From: Bacteroidales bacterium
Lineage (GTDB): Bacteria; Bacteroidota; Bacteroidia; Bacteroidales; JAADJA01
Assembly: GCA_020052415.1 (NCBI GenBank)
Contig: JAGVPB010000011.1
Span: 128,035-192,034, forward strand
DNA length: 64,000 nt
Direction of reading: 5' to 3'
The notes beneath the pieces were generated by a model, which saw only the letters and a list, made by a program, of their open reading frames with translations, was not told the DNA's origin and ran no database searches. Made by a program: the position numbers and the translations under genes. This document shows, piece by piece, positions 44,160-53,323 of the stretch (its first letter is position 1; the number at the start of each line of letters is the position of its first letter).

Positions 44160-44888
44160 TCATTTAAGCTTCCTGCTGTGGTTTAAAAACCAGGAATAAA
44201 GCTCATCATTCAGGTAGGTTTCCGTCCAGGAATCATGTCCGGCATAAGGATAGACAGTGAATTTAACTTCAGCACCAATGCTTAGGAGATGCTTTACCAG
44301 GTTGGCAGAAAATTCCATTGGGATGGTATTATCCAGCGCTCCGTGAAAAACCCATGAGGGCGTGTCCTTTAAAATATTTGCATTTAAAACATGGTAATTG
44401 CTGGCCCCGCAAACCGGCGCTATAGCTGCAAACCTTTGCGGCCGGTAAAGCACCCAGTCCCACACTCCAAAACCGCCCCTGCTTAAACCCGTCAGATAAA
44501 TGCGATTTGTATCCACAGGATAATTTACAATTAATTCATCCAGCAAAAGGTCAAGTGTCACCGGGTCCCAGGTTTTTCCTTCCTTGCATTGAGGCGCCAG
44601 GATTATGAAAGGAAAATCTTCATGAGCGTTCGCATAATTCCAGGGGCCGTGAACCATCACGAGTTCCACACTATCACCACGTTCGCCCGTGCCATGAAGG
44701 AAAACGATAAGCGGTAGTAATTCTCCCTTGGTTTGATTCTTTGGCAATTGTAAAATATAGCTGTAATCAAGCTTAATGCTTAAAGTCGAATTTTTGTTTA
44801 TCCGGGATTTAATAATATTATTTTGTGCTGATAAAAGCATGGGAGTTACGATTAATAAGATTTGAATACAGATGATTTTTCTTTTCAT
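44160..44888 (-). CDS. secreted alpha/beta-hydrolase (carboxylesterase/phospholipase-type)
   Basis: Signal peptide, oxyanion region VFLHGTGERG, nucleophile elbow GLSRGG, and late Asp and His (HGALDNTIP, GHDSW). Confidence 0.75.
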   Translation of the reverse strand: MKRKIICIQILLIVTPMLLSAQNNIIKSRINKNSTLSIKLDYSYILQLPKNQTKGELLPLIVFLHGTGERGDSVELVMVHGPWNYANAHEDFPFIILAPQCKEGKTWDPVTLDLLLDELIVNYPVDTNRIYLTGLSRGGFGVWDWVLYRPQRFAAIAPVCGASNYHVLNANILKDTPSWVFHGALDNTIPMEFSANLVKHLLSIGAEVKFTVYPYAGHDSWTETYLNDELYSWFLNHSRKLK

Positions 44889-45082
44889 TTTTTAGGTAAT
44901 TGTCTTTTTCACAAATGACTTTCAAGAGATGCTAATGATCACGCAACCATTAATTCTTTTTCCCTGAATTTTATCTTACAAAGATACATAAGCGCTGTGT
45001 TCCTGAAAGAATTTTAATTATTTCATGAAATCTGATTCAAATAAAAAAACCATCTTCCCGTCAGGGTGATGCATTATTCATA

Positions 45083-45090
45083 TAGCTTTG
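45083..45090 (+). promoter_or_regulatory. -7 promoter box (TAGCTTTG)
   Basis: Matches TAnnTTTG, with 30 nt before the ATG at 45121. Confidence 0.4.
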
Positions 45091-45120
45091 CCTTGTCATA
45101 CTTAAAAAAATATTAGTATT

Positions 45121-47118
45121 ATGAGAAGGAATTTATTTGTTACTCTGATTACAATTTTGGGAGGTATAGCTCTGTTTGCTCAAAATCCTCAAATGCCGGG
45201 TGGGGCTGAATATTGTTCTCACAAAAAAATGATGGGAACCAATCTGGCTAAATCAACTGATTTTTCACCCAATTCACCAAAACATTCCTTTGATGTTCTG
45301 AACTATACCCTGAATCTCGATATCTTTAATTGTTTTGCCTCGCCTTATTCCCAGTATTTCACGGGGAGCAATACCATTACTCTTCAGGTTGATTCCACAC
45401 TGAACCAAATTAACCTCAATGCAGCGAACTCATCCCTGGTCATTGATTCGGTAAGTGCACCGTGTACAACCTACAGTCATACTGGTAATGTACTTACGAT
45501 TCAATTGGATCAGACATATAATCCGGGAGATCAGATTACTCTGACGATATATTACAAGCACAACAATGTGGAGGACGGCGCTTTTTATGCAAACAATGGA
45601 TTTGTTTTCACCGATTGTGAACCGGAAGGTGCACGAAAATGGTTTCCCTGCTGGGACAAGCCAAGTGATAAGGCAACGCTGGATCTTACCGCCAGGGTTC
45701 CGTTGAATGTAAAGCTCGGTTCGAACGGCAGACTGCAGGATTCCACCATTGTGGGAAATGCTCTTTACTATCATTGGATCAGCATTCATCCGGTGGCGAC
45801 TTATCTTACTGTGATGACCGGTAAAGTCAATTATAACCTCGATATCGTTTACTGGCACAAAATATCCAATCCCAACGACAGCATTCCCATCAGGTTTTAT
45901 TTTAATGATGGAGAAAATCCGGGACCAATGGAAGATATTATTGGACCCATGTGTACTTACTTTTCTGAAAATTTCGGTGAACATCCATTTGAAAAAAACG
46001 GCTTTGCCACACTTAACAATGAATTTTACTGGGGAGGCATGGAAAACCAGACGCTGACAAGCTTTTGCCCGGGCTGCTGGGACGAGGGCCTTATGGCACA
46101 TGAATTTGCCCACCAATGGTTCGGCGATATGATCACCTGCGGTACCTGGGCCGATATTTTTCTGAATGAAGCTTTCGCCACCTGGATTGAGACCTTCTGG
46201 AATGAAGGACAGTTGGGTTATTCCTATTATCATCAGCAGATCGTGGGATGTGCCAATTACTATCTCAGTAATAATCCGGGCTGGGCGATTTCGGAACCGG
46301 ATTGGGCCATCAATACTCCACCTCTTGATGTTCTTTTTAATTATGCTGTTACTTACTTAAAAGGTGCCTGTGTGCTTCACCAGCTTCGCTATGTGTTGGG
46401 CGATTCGCTGTTTTTTGCAGGTATGAACGCCTATGCAACAGATATTATTAACTTCAAATATCAGTCAGCTGTGATCATAGATTTCCGGGATAAAATGGAG
46501 GAAGTGTCCGGCCAGGATCTCGATTGGTTTTTTGATGGATGGACTTTTTCGCCTAACCATCCGGTGTATGATAATACCTATTATTTCGAGGATATGGGCG
46601 ACGGCACCTGGAATGCTTATTTTTTGGCGAAACAGGTTCAGACAAATACAGGTTTTTTCACGATGCCCATCGAGCTAAAGATATTTTTCGGAGTCGGGCA
46701 GGATACAATTATCCGCGTAATGAATGACGTAAATGAACAGCAGTTCACTTTTAATTTCCCGCAGCAACCGCTGATGCTTTATTTCGACCCGAATAATGAT
46801 ATTGTTCTCAAGCAGGCATCGTTATCGGTGGGGGAGAAGGAATATTTTTCCAAACCGGGTGGGATTGCTATGATAATAAAACCTAATCCTTCAAATGCAA
46901 CAACAAACATTCAATTTAATCTGTCCGAGAAAGCACTTGTGGATCTGCGGATTTTCGACCTAACCGGCAAGGAAGTTTCACTCGAAGTAAATGCTCAGAA
47001 GGAAAAGGGTGAGCATATTGTAACAATTGATGGAAGCAATTTCGAACCGGGAGTTTATTATTGCAGGCTGGTGGCCGGAGGAAAAACTGAAACCCGGAAA
47101 CTGATCATAAGTAAATAA
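45121..47118 (+). CDS. M1-family metallopeptidase with T9SS C-terminal sorting domain
   Basis: WGGMENQ, HEFAHQWFGD, and the glutamate in LNEAFATW. The tail is IIKPNPSNATTNIQFNL...GVYYCRLVAGGKTETRKLIISK. Confidence 0.85.
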   Translation: MRRNLFVTLITILGGIALFAQNPQMPGGAEYCSHKKMMGTNLAKSTDFSPNSPKHSFDVLNYTLNLDIFNCFASPYSQYFTGSNTITLQVDSTLNQINLNAANSSLVIDSVSAPCTTYSHTGNVLTIQLDQTYNPGDQITLTIYYKHNNVEDGAFYANNGFVFTDCEPEGARKWFPCWDKPSDKATLDLTARVPLNVKLGSNGRLQDSTIVGNALYYHWISIHPVATYLTVMTGKVNYNLDIVYWHKISNPNDSIPIRFYFNDGENPGPMEDIIGPMCTYFSENFGEHPFEKNGFATLNNEFYWGGMENQTLTSFCPGCWDEGLMAHEFAHQWFGDMITCGTWADIFLNEAFATWIETFWNEGQLGYSYYHQQIVGCANYYLSNNPGWAISEPDWAINTPPLDVLFNYAVTYLKGACVLHQLRYVLGDSLFFAGMNAYATDIINFKYQSAVIIDFRDKMEEVSGQDLDWFFDGWTFSPNHPVYDNTYYFEDMGDGTWNAYFLAKQVQTNTGFFTMPIELKIFFGVGQDTIIRVMNDVNEQQFTFNFPQQPLMLYFDPNNDIVLKQASLSVGEKEYFSKPGGIAMIIKPNPSNATTNIQFNLSEKALVDLRIFDLTGKEVSLEVNAQKEKGEHIVTIDGSNFEPGVYYCRLVAGGKTETRKLIISK

Positions 47119-47232
47119 TTCAATTTTATTGATGCCAGGCTCGTGAAGAAGAACTAACGAAATGAACTGAAACCAAAATAAATGGATTATACCATAAATA
47201 AGATAAAACTGTACATTATGCAAATTGAAAAA

Positions 47233-47260
47233 GGATATAGGAGATATAAGGGATAAAGGG
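47233..47260. repeat. weak heptamer-periodic patch
   Basis: GGATATA GGAGATA TAAGGGA TAAAGGG. It overlaps an imperfect inverted repeat, GATATAAGGG ... CCCTTATATC (47283-47292). Confidence 0.35.
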
Positions 47261-47363
47261 GAAGTACGGATACGCGTGCCCTTATATCCTTATTTTTCCT
47301 CATACTATAATTTATCCCATGTGTAGTTAACTTCCGGTAAAAATCCTTTTAAATGCGACATTA

Positions 47364-49142
47364 TCAGGCATATTCCTTAATATAGTTGACCAATCCTTTG
47401 GCTTTGAAAATCTTCATCAGTTTATCGGGAAGCGGGGCAAAGGTAAATTCCCTGCCGGCGATTTTAATGATTCCCATTTCCATTTCAACCTCAACAATGT
47501 CTCCCTGTTTGTAAGCTTCGACTGCTTCAGGAACCAGGACTATAGGAAGTCCCTGGTTTACAGCAGAACGGTAGAAAATCCTGTTCACCGATTTACATAT
47601 AACTGCTTTTACACCAGCATAGGCAAGTCCGACAGCAGGGTGTTCGCGTGAACTCCCGCATCCGAAATTGGCGCCGGCCATAATTATATCACCTGATTTA
47701 ACACGGGTTGCAAAGCTTTCATCAAATCCCTTAAAAAGATGGGGCATAATCTTTTCCGCTTCGGAGCTCAGAACATCATAAGTAAGGTTACCGGCAAACA
47801 TCTGGTCGGTGTTCATGTTGTCGGCATCGGCATAATTCCATGTACCGAGGGCAAATCTGTCATCTCCTTTTTTAATTTCAACAGTTCCGCTTTGCTTAAT
47901 AGAGTATGGGAATTTATCCTGTACTTTGATCCCTCTCGGATCGGTGATTTCACCTGTCAGGGCGGAATGAGCAACTGCTGCAGGCGATGCTAGAAAAATA
48001 CTTGCTTCTTTGTTTCCCATCCTTCCTTTGAAATTGCGATTTGCCGTTGAGATCACAGTAAAACCGTCAGCCGGAATTCCCTGGCCGGTTCCAAGGCAGG
48101 GGCCGCATGAAGATGCAAGTACATTGGCTCCGGCTTCCATAAAGGTAGCTATGAGACCTTCTTCCATTGCCTTCATAAAAATATTTTTCGAAGCTGGGAT
48201 CACCAGCAGAATTACATCCGCAGGAATTTGCTTTCCTTTCAGAATTTTTGCGGCTTCTCTGAGGTCTTCGAGCCTGCCATTGGTGCATGTACCGATCATG
48301 GCCTGGTGAATTTTCGTACCCTGAACCTCAGATAGGGCTTTTACATTATCCACATGATGTGGCGCGGCAACAACCGGAAAAAGGTCATTCAGGTTGATTG
48401 TAATTTCACGGAAATATTTTGCATCATGATCGGCCCAAACACCAGTAATTTTCTTATCAAACCAATTTTCCAGTACGGTATCAGCCGGGAATACCGCGTT
48501 TTTTGCACCCATTTCCGAAGCCAGGTTTGCAATAGTCATCCTGTCGGAAACCGTAAGCGAACCAATACCTTCACCATGATATTCGATGGACATGTAATCG
48601 GCTCCGCTGGAACCTATCATACCTATGATCCAGAGGGAAAGGTCTTTGGAATAAACTCCTGATGGCAGTTTGCCGGTCAGCTCGATTTTTATTGTTTCAG
48701 GAACCCGAAACCATGTTTCACCTTGTTTCCACAGTCCTGCAGTTTCTGTGCGGTCAATACCCGCCGCAAAGGCATTAAATGCGCCGGCAGTACAGGTGTG
48801 GCTATCGCTTCCGACAATGATCATTCCGGGTTGGGCATAGTCTGCCATGATTTGATGGCATATCCCTTTTCCAGCATCATGAAATTTCGAAATGCCTTTT
48901 TGTACAGTAAGCTTACGAATATAATTGTAGTCGTTGGCTAACTTTGAAGTTGTAGGCGGAGCATTATGATCCAGAACGATCAATATCTGATTCGGGTCGG
49001 CAAGTTTACTTCCACCCATTTTTTCAAAAGTTTTTGAAATGCTTGCCGTATTATCGTGCGATAAAATAATATCGGGTTTGGCAAATACGATACTTCCTGC
49101 GTTTGCATTGAATATCTTTTCGACAAATGTTTTTCCTGACAT
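47364..49142 (-). CDS. aconitase-family hydro-lyase with fused large and small (LeuC-LeuD-like) domains
   Basis: Fe-S ligand motifs GSDSHTCT, GTCTNGR and SCGPCLG, followed by a swivel-domain-like ~170-aa C-terminus. The start is taken at MSGKTFVEKIF. A -7 box at 49187-49194 lies inside the longer track ORF. Confidence 0.75.
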   Translation of the reverse strand: MSGKTFVEKIFNANAGSIVFAKPDIILSHDNTASISKTFEKMGGSKLADPNQILIVLDHNAPPTTSKLANDYNYIRKLTVQKGISKFHDAGKGICHQIMADYAQPGMIIVGSDSHTCTAGAFNAFAAGIDRTETAGLWKQGETWFRVPETIKIELTGKLPSGVYSKDLSLWIIGMIGSSGADYMSIEYHGEGIGSLTVSDRMTIANLASEMGAKNAVFPADTVLENWFDKKITGVWADHDAKYFREITINLNDLFPVVAAPHHVDNVKALSEVQGTKIHQAMIGTCTNGRLEDLREAAKILKGKQIPADVILLVIPASKNIFMKAMEEGLIATFMEAGANVLASSCGPCLGTGQGIPADGFTVISTANRNFKGRMGNKEASIFLASPAAVAHSALTGEITDPRGIKVQDKFPYSIKQSGTVEIKKGDDRFALGTWNYADADNMNTDQMFAGNLTYDVLSSEAEKIMPHLFKGFDESFATRVKSGDIIMAGANFGCGSSREHPAVGLAYAGVKAVICKSVNRIFYRSAVNQGLPIVLVPEAVEAYKQGDIVEVEMEMGIIKIAGREFTFAPLPDKLMKIFKAKGLVNYIKEYA

Positions 49143-49186
49143 GATCTCTTTGTTTAATATTTTAATTATATCAAAAAATCCGGGTT

Positions 49187-49194
49187 CAAATTTA
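49187..49194 (-). promoter_or_regulatory. -7 promoter box (TAAATTTG)
   Basis: Matches TAnnTTTG on the minus strand, with 44 nt before the ATG at 49142. Confidence 0.3.
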
Positions 49195-49430
49195 TATATT
49201 TTCACCTGAGTTGAAAAAGCTGTTATACTTTTTATACCAGATTTTTTGTTTTGTAATGAGGAATCATAATCAAAAAATAAATATTTTTACACTGATTAAG
49301 TAAACTTATCTGATATACTCCGTAAAACAATTTCGGTTTTACCATGGCTAAGTAAACCAAATTTAATGGAGACACTTGATGGTATCAGCGAAATTATTTT
49401 AAAAAAATTGTCAATTTAAATTCAGTTGCT

Positions 49431-50150
49431 ATGACTATTGACGGAATGAACGAAGAGGAAAGGATCAGGGAAGCCATTAAAGAAAAGACGTGGAATGAAC
49501 AGATGACTACTGATTCATGGGCGGTATTTAAAATAATGTCGGAACTGGTTGAAGGTTTTGAAACACTTTCAAGGATAGGACCCTGTGTATCCATGTTCGG
49601 GTCGGCCCGGACAACACAGCAACACAGTTATTACAGGCTGGCGGAAGAAACGGCTTACCTCCTCACAAAAAAGGGATTCGGAGTCATTACAGGCGGTGGG
49701 CCGGGTGTTATGGAAGCGGCAAACAAAGGTGCTCATTTTGCAGGTGGTAAATCGGTAGGCCTTAATATTGATTTGCCTTTTGAACAGATTCCAAACCCTT
49801 TCATTGATCAGGATAAATTCATTAATTTCAAGCATTTCTTTGTGAGAAAAGTCATGTTCATGAAATATTCGCAGGGATATATTGTTTTGCCCGGAGGATT
49901 TGGAACAATGGATGAATTATTTGAAGCCATTACACTTATCCAAACGCATAAGCTTGTCCGTTTCCCGATAGTCCTTATGTCCAGGTCATATTGGAAGGGA
50001 TTAATTGACTGGATCAACAACACCATGTTAAATGAAAAAAATATAAAACCGAGTGACCTTGAAATTTTCACCCTCGTTGATAATCCCCAGGAAGCAGTGA
50101 CGGTAATTGATGATTTTTATAAGAAATACGCACTCAAACCGAACTTCTGA
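49431..50150 (+). CDS. LOG-family protein (TIGR00730-type nucleotide 5'-monophosphate nucleosidase)
   Basis: GGGPGVMEA and PGGFGTMDELFE motifs. 239 aa. Confidence 0.85.
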   Translation: MTIDGMNEEERIREAIKEKTWNEQMTTDSWAVFKIMSELVEGFETLSRIGPCVSMFGSARTTQQHSYYRLAEETAYLLTKKGFGVITGGGPGVMEAANKGAHFAGGKSVGLNIDLPFEQIPNPFIDQDKFINFKHFFVRKVMFMKYSQGYIVLPGGFGTMDELFEAITLIQTHKLVRFPIVLMSRSYWKGLIDWINNTMLNEKNIKPSDLEIFTLVDNPQEAVTVIDDFYKKYALKPNF

Positions 50151-50170
50151 TTGAATTCCCAATATTTCAG

Positions 50171-50310
50171 TCCAGAGTTCAGAGATCTGAGTTTATTTGC
50201 CGACGGCTTACTGGTTCCTTGTTACTGGTTACCTGTTACTGGTTACTGGTTCCGTGTTCTGAGTTCCGTGTTCCTGGTTCTGTGTTCGAGTGTCAAGTTG
50301 TTGACCGTTG
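50171..50310. repeat. mosaic periodic-repeat locus F (7-bp array)
   Basis: TCCAGAG TTCAGAG ATCTGAG, then TTGCCGAC (50197-50204), then 13 consecutive NGTTNNN heptamers over 50213-50303 (GGTTCCT TGTTACT GGTTACC TGTTACT GGTTACT GGTTCCG ...). Confidence 0.9.
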
Positions 50311-50387
50311 CCCAATAATTCGTTATTCTTATTTCAATTGTTCTTTATTGGTAATATAAAAGGAATAAGAGAATAAAAACGGTCAAC
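50300..50387. repeat. 10-bp inverted repeat GTTGACCGTT / AACGGTCAAC flanking a 68-bp AT-rich spacer
   Basis: Arms at 50300-50309 and 50378-50387. Inner imperfect arms are TTATTCTTATT and AATAAGAGAATAA. Confidence 0.75.
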
Positions 50388-50412
50388 GTTATTTAGGCAT
50401 TGACAGGGAACA

Positions 50413-50447
50413 CTCAATTCTCAAGTCTCAAATCTTAAGTCTCTTTA
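50413..50447. repeat. second heptamer array of locus F
   Basis: CTCAATT CTCAAGT CTCAAAT CTTAAGT CTCTTTA. Confidence 0.75.
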
Positions 50448-50476
50448 CTAAATTGAACAAAAACTATAAGTAATTG

Positions 50477-50484
50477 TATCTTTG
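50477..50484 (+). promoter_or_regulatory. -7 promoter box (TATCTTTG), near-leaderless arrangement
   Basis: Matches TAnnTTTG, with only 5 nt before the ATG at 50490. Confidence 0.35.
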
Positions 50485-50489
50485 ACCGA

Positions 50490-51818
50490 ATGAAAAAAGT
50501 GGTCTATATCATTGTGGGTTCACTACTGACTTTGCTTCTGTTCTTTGTAGTCAGAAGCTATTTTCCCAAGAGTGTCGGGCGATACCCTTTTTTTGTCATT
50601 CTTTTTCTGCTCGATTTGTACCTGTTTCTTTCACTGCTTCCCCGGATTAAATCATTGCCTGGTATTTTCTCATCAATTGCTTCAATATTATACTGGTTAC
50701 CTGCATTGCTTACCGGAATACTGATAGGCAGTCTGTTATTTTATCCATTTGATCATTGGAATAAATGGATTAAAATCTATATGGTCGGATTTATCTTTAT
50801 TGGATACTTCTCAAAGCTGATACCAATTTTTTTTCTTGTGGTTGATGATTCCAGAAGGATGATACAAAAACTTTTTGCAAGGAAGCGGGCAGAAAATAAA
50901 GCAGTTCAAAATAAAATTACCAGGAGTGTTTTTCTAAGAAGGTTTGGCTTGATCACGGGAGGAGTCCTGTTTACAACACTTCTCGGTGGCATGGTTAAAT
51001 GGGTATCCGATTTCAGGATACGGCGGATCAGCCTTCCTTTTCCCGGATTACCTTCTTCGTTCCTGGGATTCAAAATTGCACAGTTTTCTGATATTCACCT
51101 GGGGAACTGGGCATCGAAAAAGGATCTGGATGAGGCTGTCGCAATGATAAATGACCTTAACCCGGACATCATTTTCTTTACAGGCGATCTGGTGAATTAT
51201 AAAACCGAGGAAGCTTATGAATACAGAGAATCACTGGCAAATCTGAAAGCGCCGCAGGGTATATTCGCCATCCTCGGAAATCATGATTACGGCGATTATT
51301 CACCCTGGCCGGATGAAAAGTCGAAAAGGGAAAACATGGAGCTTTTATACGATTTTTACAAAGGATTGGGCTGGAAGCTATTGTTGAATGAAAATGTTAT
51401 TTTACAAAAGGGTGATGAGGAAATGGCTGTTGTTGGAGTGGAAAACTGGGGCTCTTTCGGCCGGTTTCAGAAATATGGCGACCTCGAAAAAGCGATGGCC
51501 GGATTGGAGTATGTTCCTGCCCGGATTTTGCTGTCGCACGATCCGTCGCACTGGGAGGTGAAAGCCCTGGATTTTCCTTCAGATATCGGTCTGACATTGT
51601 CCGGACATACCCATGGTGCACAGTTCGGATTTGAATTCCCGGGATTCAGGTGGAGTCCCTCACAATATATTTATAAATACTGGGCCGGCTTATATTCCGA
51701 ATTAAATAAACAGACCGGTAACAGGCAATATCTCTATGTAAACCGCGGGATTGGAACAATAGGGTATCCCGGAAGGGTCGGAATATGGCCCGAAATTACT
51801 CTATTCGAACTCATATAG
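50490..51818 (+). CDS. membrane-anchored metallophosphoesterase (calcineurin-like)
   Basis: Four or five N-terminal TM helices, then the motifs FSDIHLG, TGDLVN, GNHDY, SHDP and GHTHG. Confidence 0.85.
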   Translation: MKKVVYIIVGSLLTLLLFFVVRSYFPKSVGRYPFFVILFLLDLYLFLSLLPRIKSLPGIFSSIASILYWLPALLTGILIGSLLFYPFDHWNKWIKIYMVGFIFIGYFSKLIPIFFLVVDDSRRMIQKLFARKRAENKAVQNKITRSVFLRRFGLITGGVLFTTLLGGMVKWVSDFRIRRISLPFPGLPSSFLGFKIAQFSDIHLGNWASKKDLDEAVAMINDLNPDIIFFTGDLVNYKTEEAYEYRESLANLKAPQGIFAILGNHDYGDYSPWPDEKSKRENMELLYDFYKGLGWKLLLNENVILQKGDEEMAVVGVENWGSFGRFQKYGDLEKAMAGLEYVPARILLSHDPSHWEVKALDFPSDIGLTLSGHTHGAQFGFEFPGFRWSPSQYIYKYWAGLYSELNKQTGNRQYLYVNRGIGTIGYPGRVGIWPEITLFELI

Positions 51819-51972
51819 TCCGGCATAAAACAAATTTGTTTATCAGTTGTTCTAACAAGGCAATCAGAATGCTGAAAACAAAACGCATGTTGTAAATCAT
51901 TGAGACTGCCAGGCCTAAAAATCAAAGCTAACAGCCGAAAATGATGAAAAACATATTTGCAAGTGAACAATC

Positions 51973-52704
51973 ATGTGCACAGTAACATATATAGCCGGGA
52001 AAAATGGGACGACTCTGCTAACGCAGGGAAGGGATGAACTGGTTCGCCGGGAACTGACCACTCCTCCGATTGAAAAAATAATCAATGGATCAGAACATAT
52101 TTTTCCTGTTGATCCAAACTCAGGCGGAACCTGGATTGGAATGGCCGAAAACAACCGGATTGCTTGCATTATGAACGGAGGCACACATAAATACAAACCC
52201 AACCATCCTTATCGTAAAAACAGCGGACTTATAATTCCTGCTTTTTTTGAATTCAGGGATTTTTATACTTTTTACAATGAATATGACTTTAAAAACATTG
52301 AACCTTTCACACTTATTGTGATCGAAAATGGGAAATTGATAGAATTGTTTAAAGACGCGGATTCTCAATTTTTTAACATTCCTGATCCAGGGAATTCCCG
52401 GATTTACTCTTCTGTAAACCTGTTTTCGGAAAAGCAAATTCTTGAAAAGGAACTGAAATTTAACGATTGGCTTAACGACGGTTCAGAAAAAAAACCGGAT
52501 GATATTATTAATTTGCACAATGAATTTCGTATTGATTTGGATGGCCCTGTCCCTGTGAAAGGTGACCAGGACATGCTGAGAACCGTGAGTATAACTACTG
52601 TTTATAATACCGGCAGGCAACTGGAGATGATATACCTTGACCTGATAAATGATTTCAGGTTTTCAAAGTTCCTGAAAATAAAAAAGGAAGGTATCGCGGC
52701 ATAA
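51973..52704 (+). CDS. NRDE-family (TANGO2/DUF833-like) protein
   Basis: Starts with MCT, an N-terminal Cys as in this Ntn-like family. The GRDE variant of the NRDE motif occurs in TQGRDELVRRE. 243 aa. Confidence 0.5.
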   Translation: MCTVTYIAGKNGTTLLTQGRDELVRRELTTPPIEKIINGSEHIFPVDPNSGGTWIGMAENNRIACIMNGGTHKYKPNHPYRKNSGLIIPAFFEFRDFYTFYNEYDFKNIEPFTLIVIENGKLIELFKDADSQFFNIPDPGNSRIYSSVNLFSEKQILEKELKFNDWLNDGSEKKPDDIINLHNEFRIDLDGPVPVKGDQDMLRTVSITTVYNTGRQLEMIYLDLINDFRFSKFLKIKKEGIAA

Positions 52705-52709
52705 ATATC

Positions 52710-53303
52710 CTAATTCCTTTTCTTCATCAGGCAAATCCATATTTTGGAAGGCTGGGTATCGTTGGAATCAAAACGGCCGGAAGTCAGTGAAAGAATCTCA
52801 AAAAAAGGTTCAACGGCAGATACAACATCCCTTGCCGTCAGTTTAGGTGGTCCTGTTTCGAGTCTTCCGTCATCCACATTGCCGGTGAGGGTAAGCCAGA
52901 GCCCATCCTTTTCAATATATTTGAAGACATTACGGGCATATAATTTCCTTTCTTTAGCGTCGTCACAGCTGTGAAAACAACCTCTGTCGAAGATAAATCC
53001 GAATGGAGCTCCGGGTACATTATTTTTCAGAAAGTCAATTGTATAAAATACGGATGTTATTTTCGATTCTTCGGCTTTAATCCGAGCCTGGTGAATTGCA
53101 GTTTCTGCATAATCCACGCCGGTGACCTCAAATCCTTCACGGGCCAGCCAAATTACATTATCACCGGTTCCGCAACCTATATCAAGCGCTTTGCAGGGTT
53201 CTACCGGATGCGATTCCACAATGCCTACCAGGTTAAAATCAGGCCTGTTGATGTTCCAGGGCAGATCGCCGGTTTTGTATCTTTCATTGAATCGGTTTGT
53301 CAT
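52710..53303 (-). CDS. class I SAM-dependent methyltransferase
   Basis: Motif I ALDIGCGTGDNVIWLA followed by acidic VTGVD. 197 aa. Confidence 0.8.
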   Translation of the reverse strand: MTNRFNERYKTGDLPWNINRPDFNLVGIVESHPVEPCKALDIGCGTGDNVIWLAREGFEVTGVDYAETAIHQARIKAEESKITSVFYTIDFLKNNVPGAPFGFIFDRGCFHSCDDAKERKLYARNVFKYIEKDGLWLTLTGNVDDGRLETGPPKLTARDVVSAVEPFFEILSLTSGRFDSNDTQPSKIWICLMKKRN

Positions 53304-53323
53304 AAATTATTAATTAATGGTTT

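Noticed and set aside
47283-47300. Possible terminator after the M1/T9SS peptidase gene (GATATAAGGG ... CCCTTATATC followed by a T-rich run)
   Set aside because: The stem is separated by a 29-nt loop and is AT-rich. It is too weak to call a terminator with confidence.
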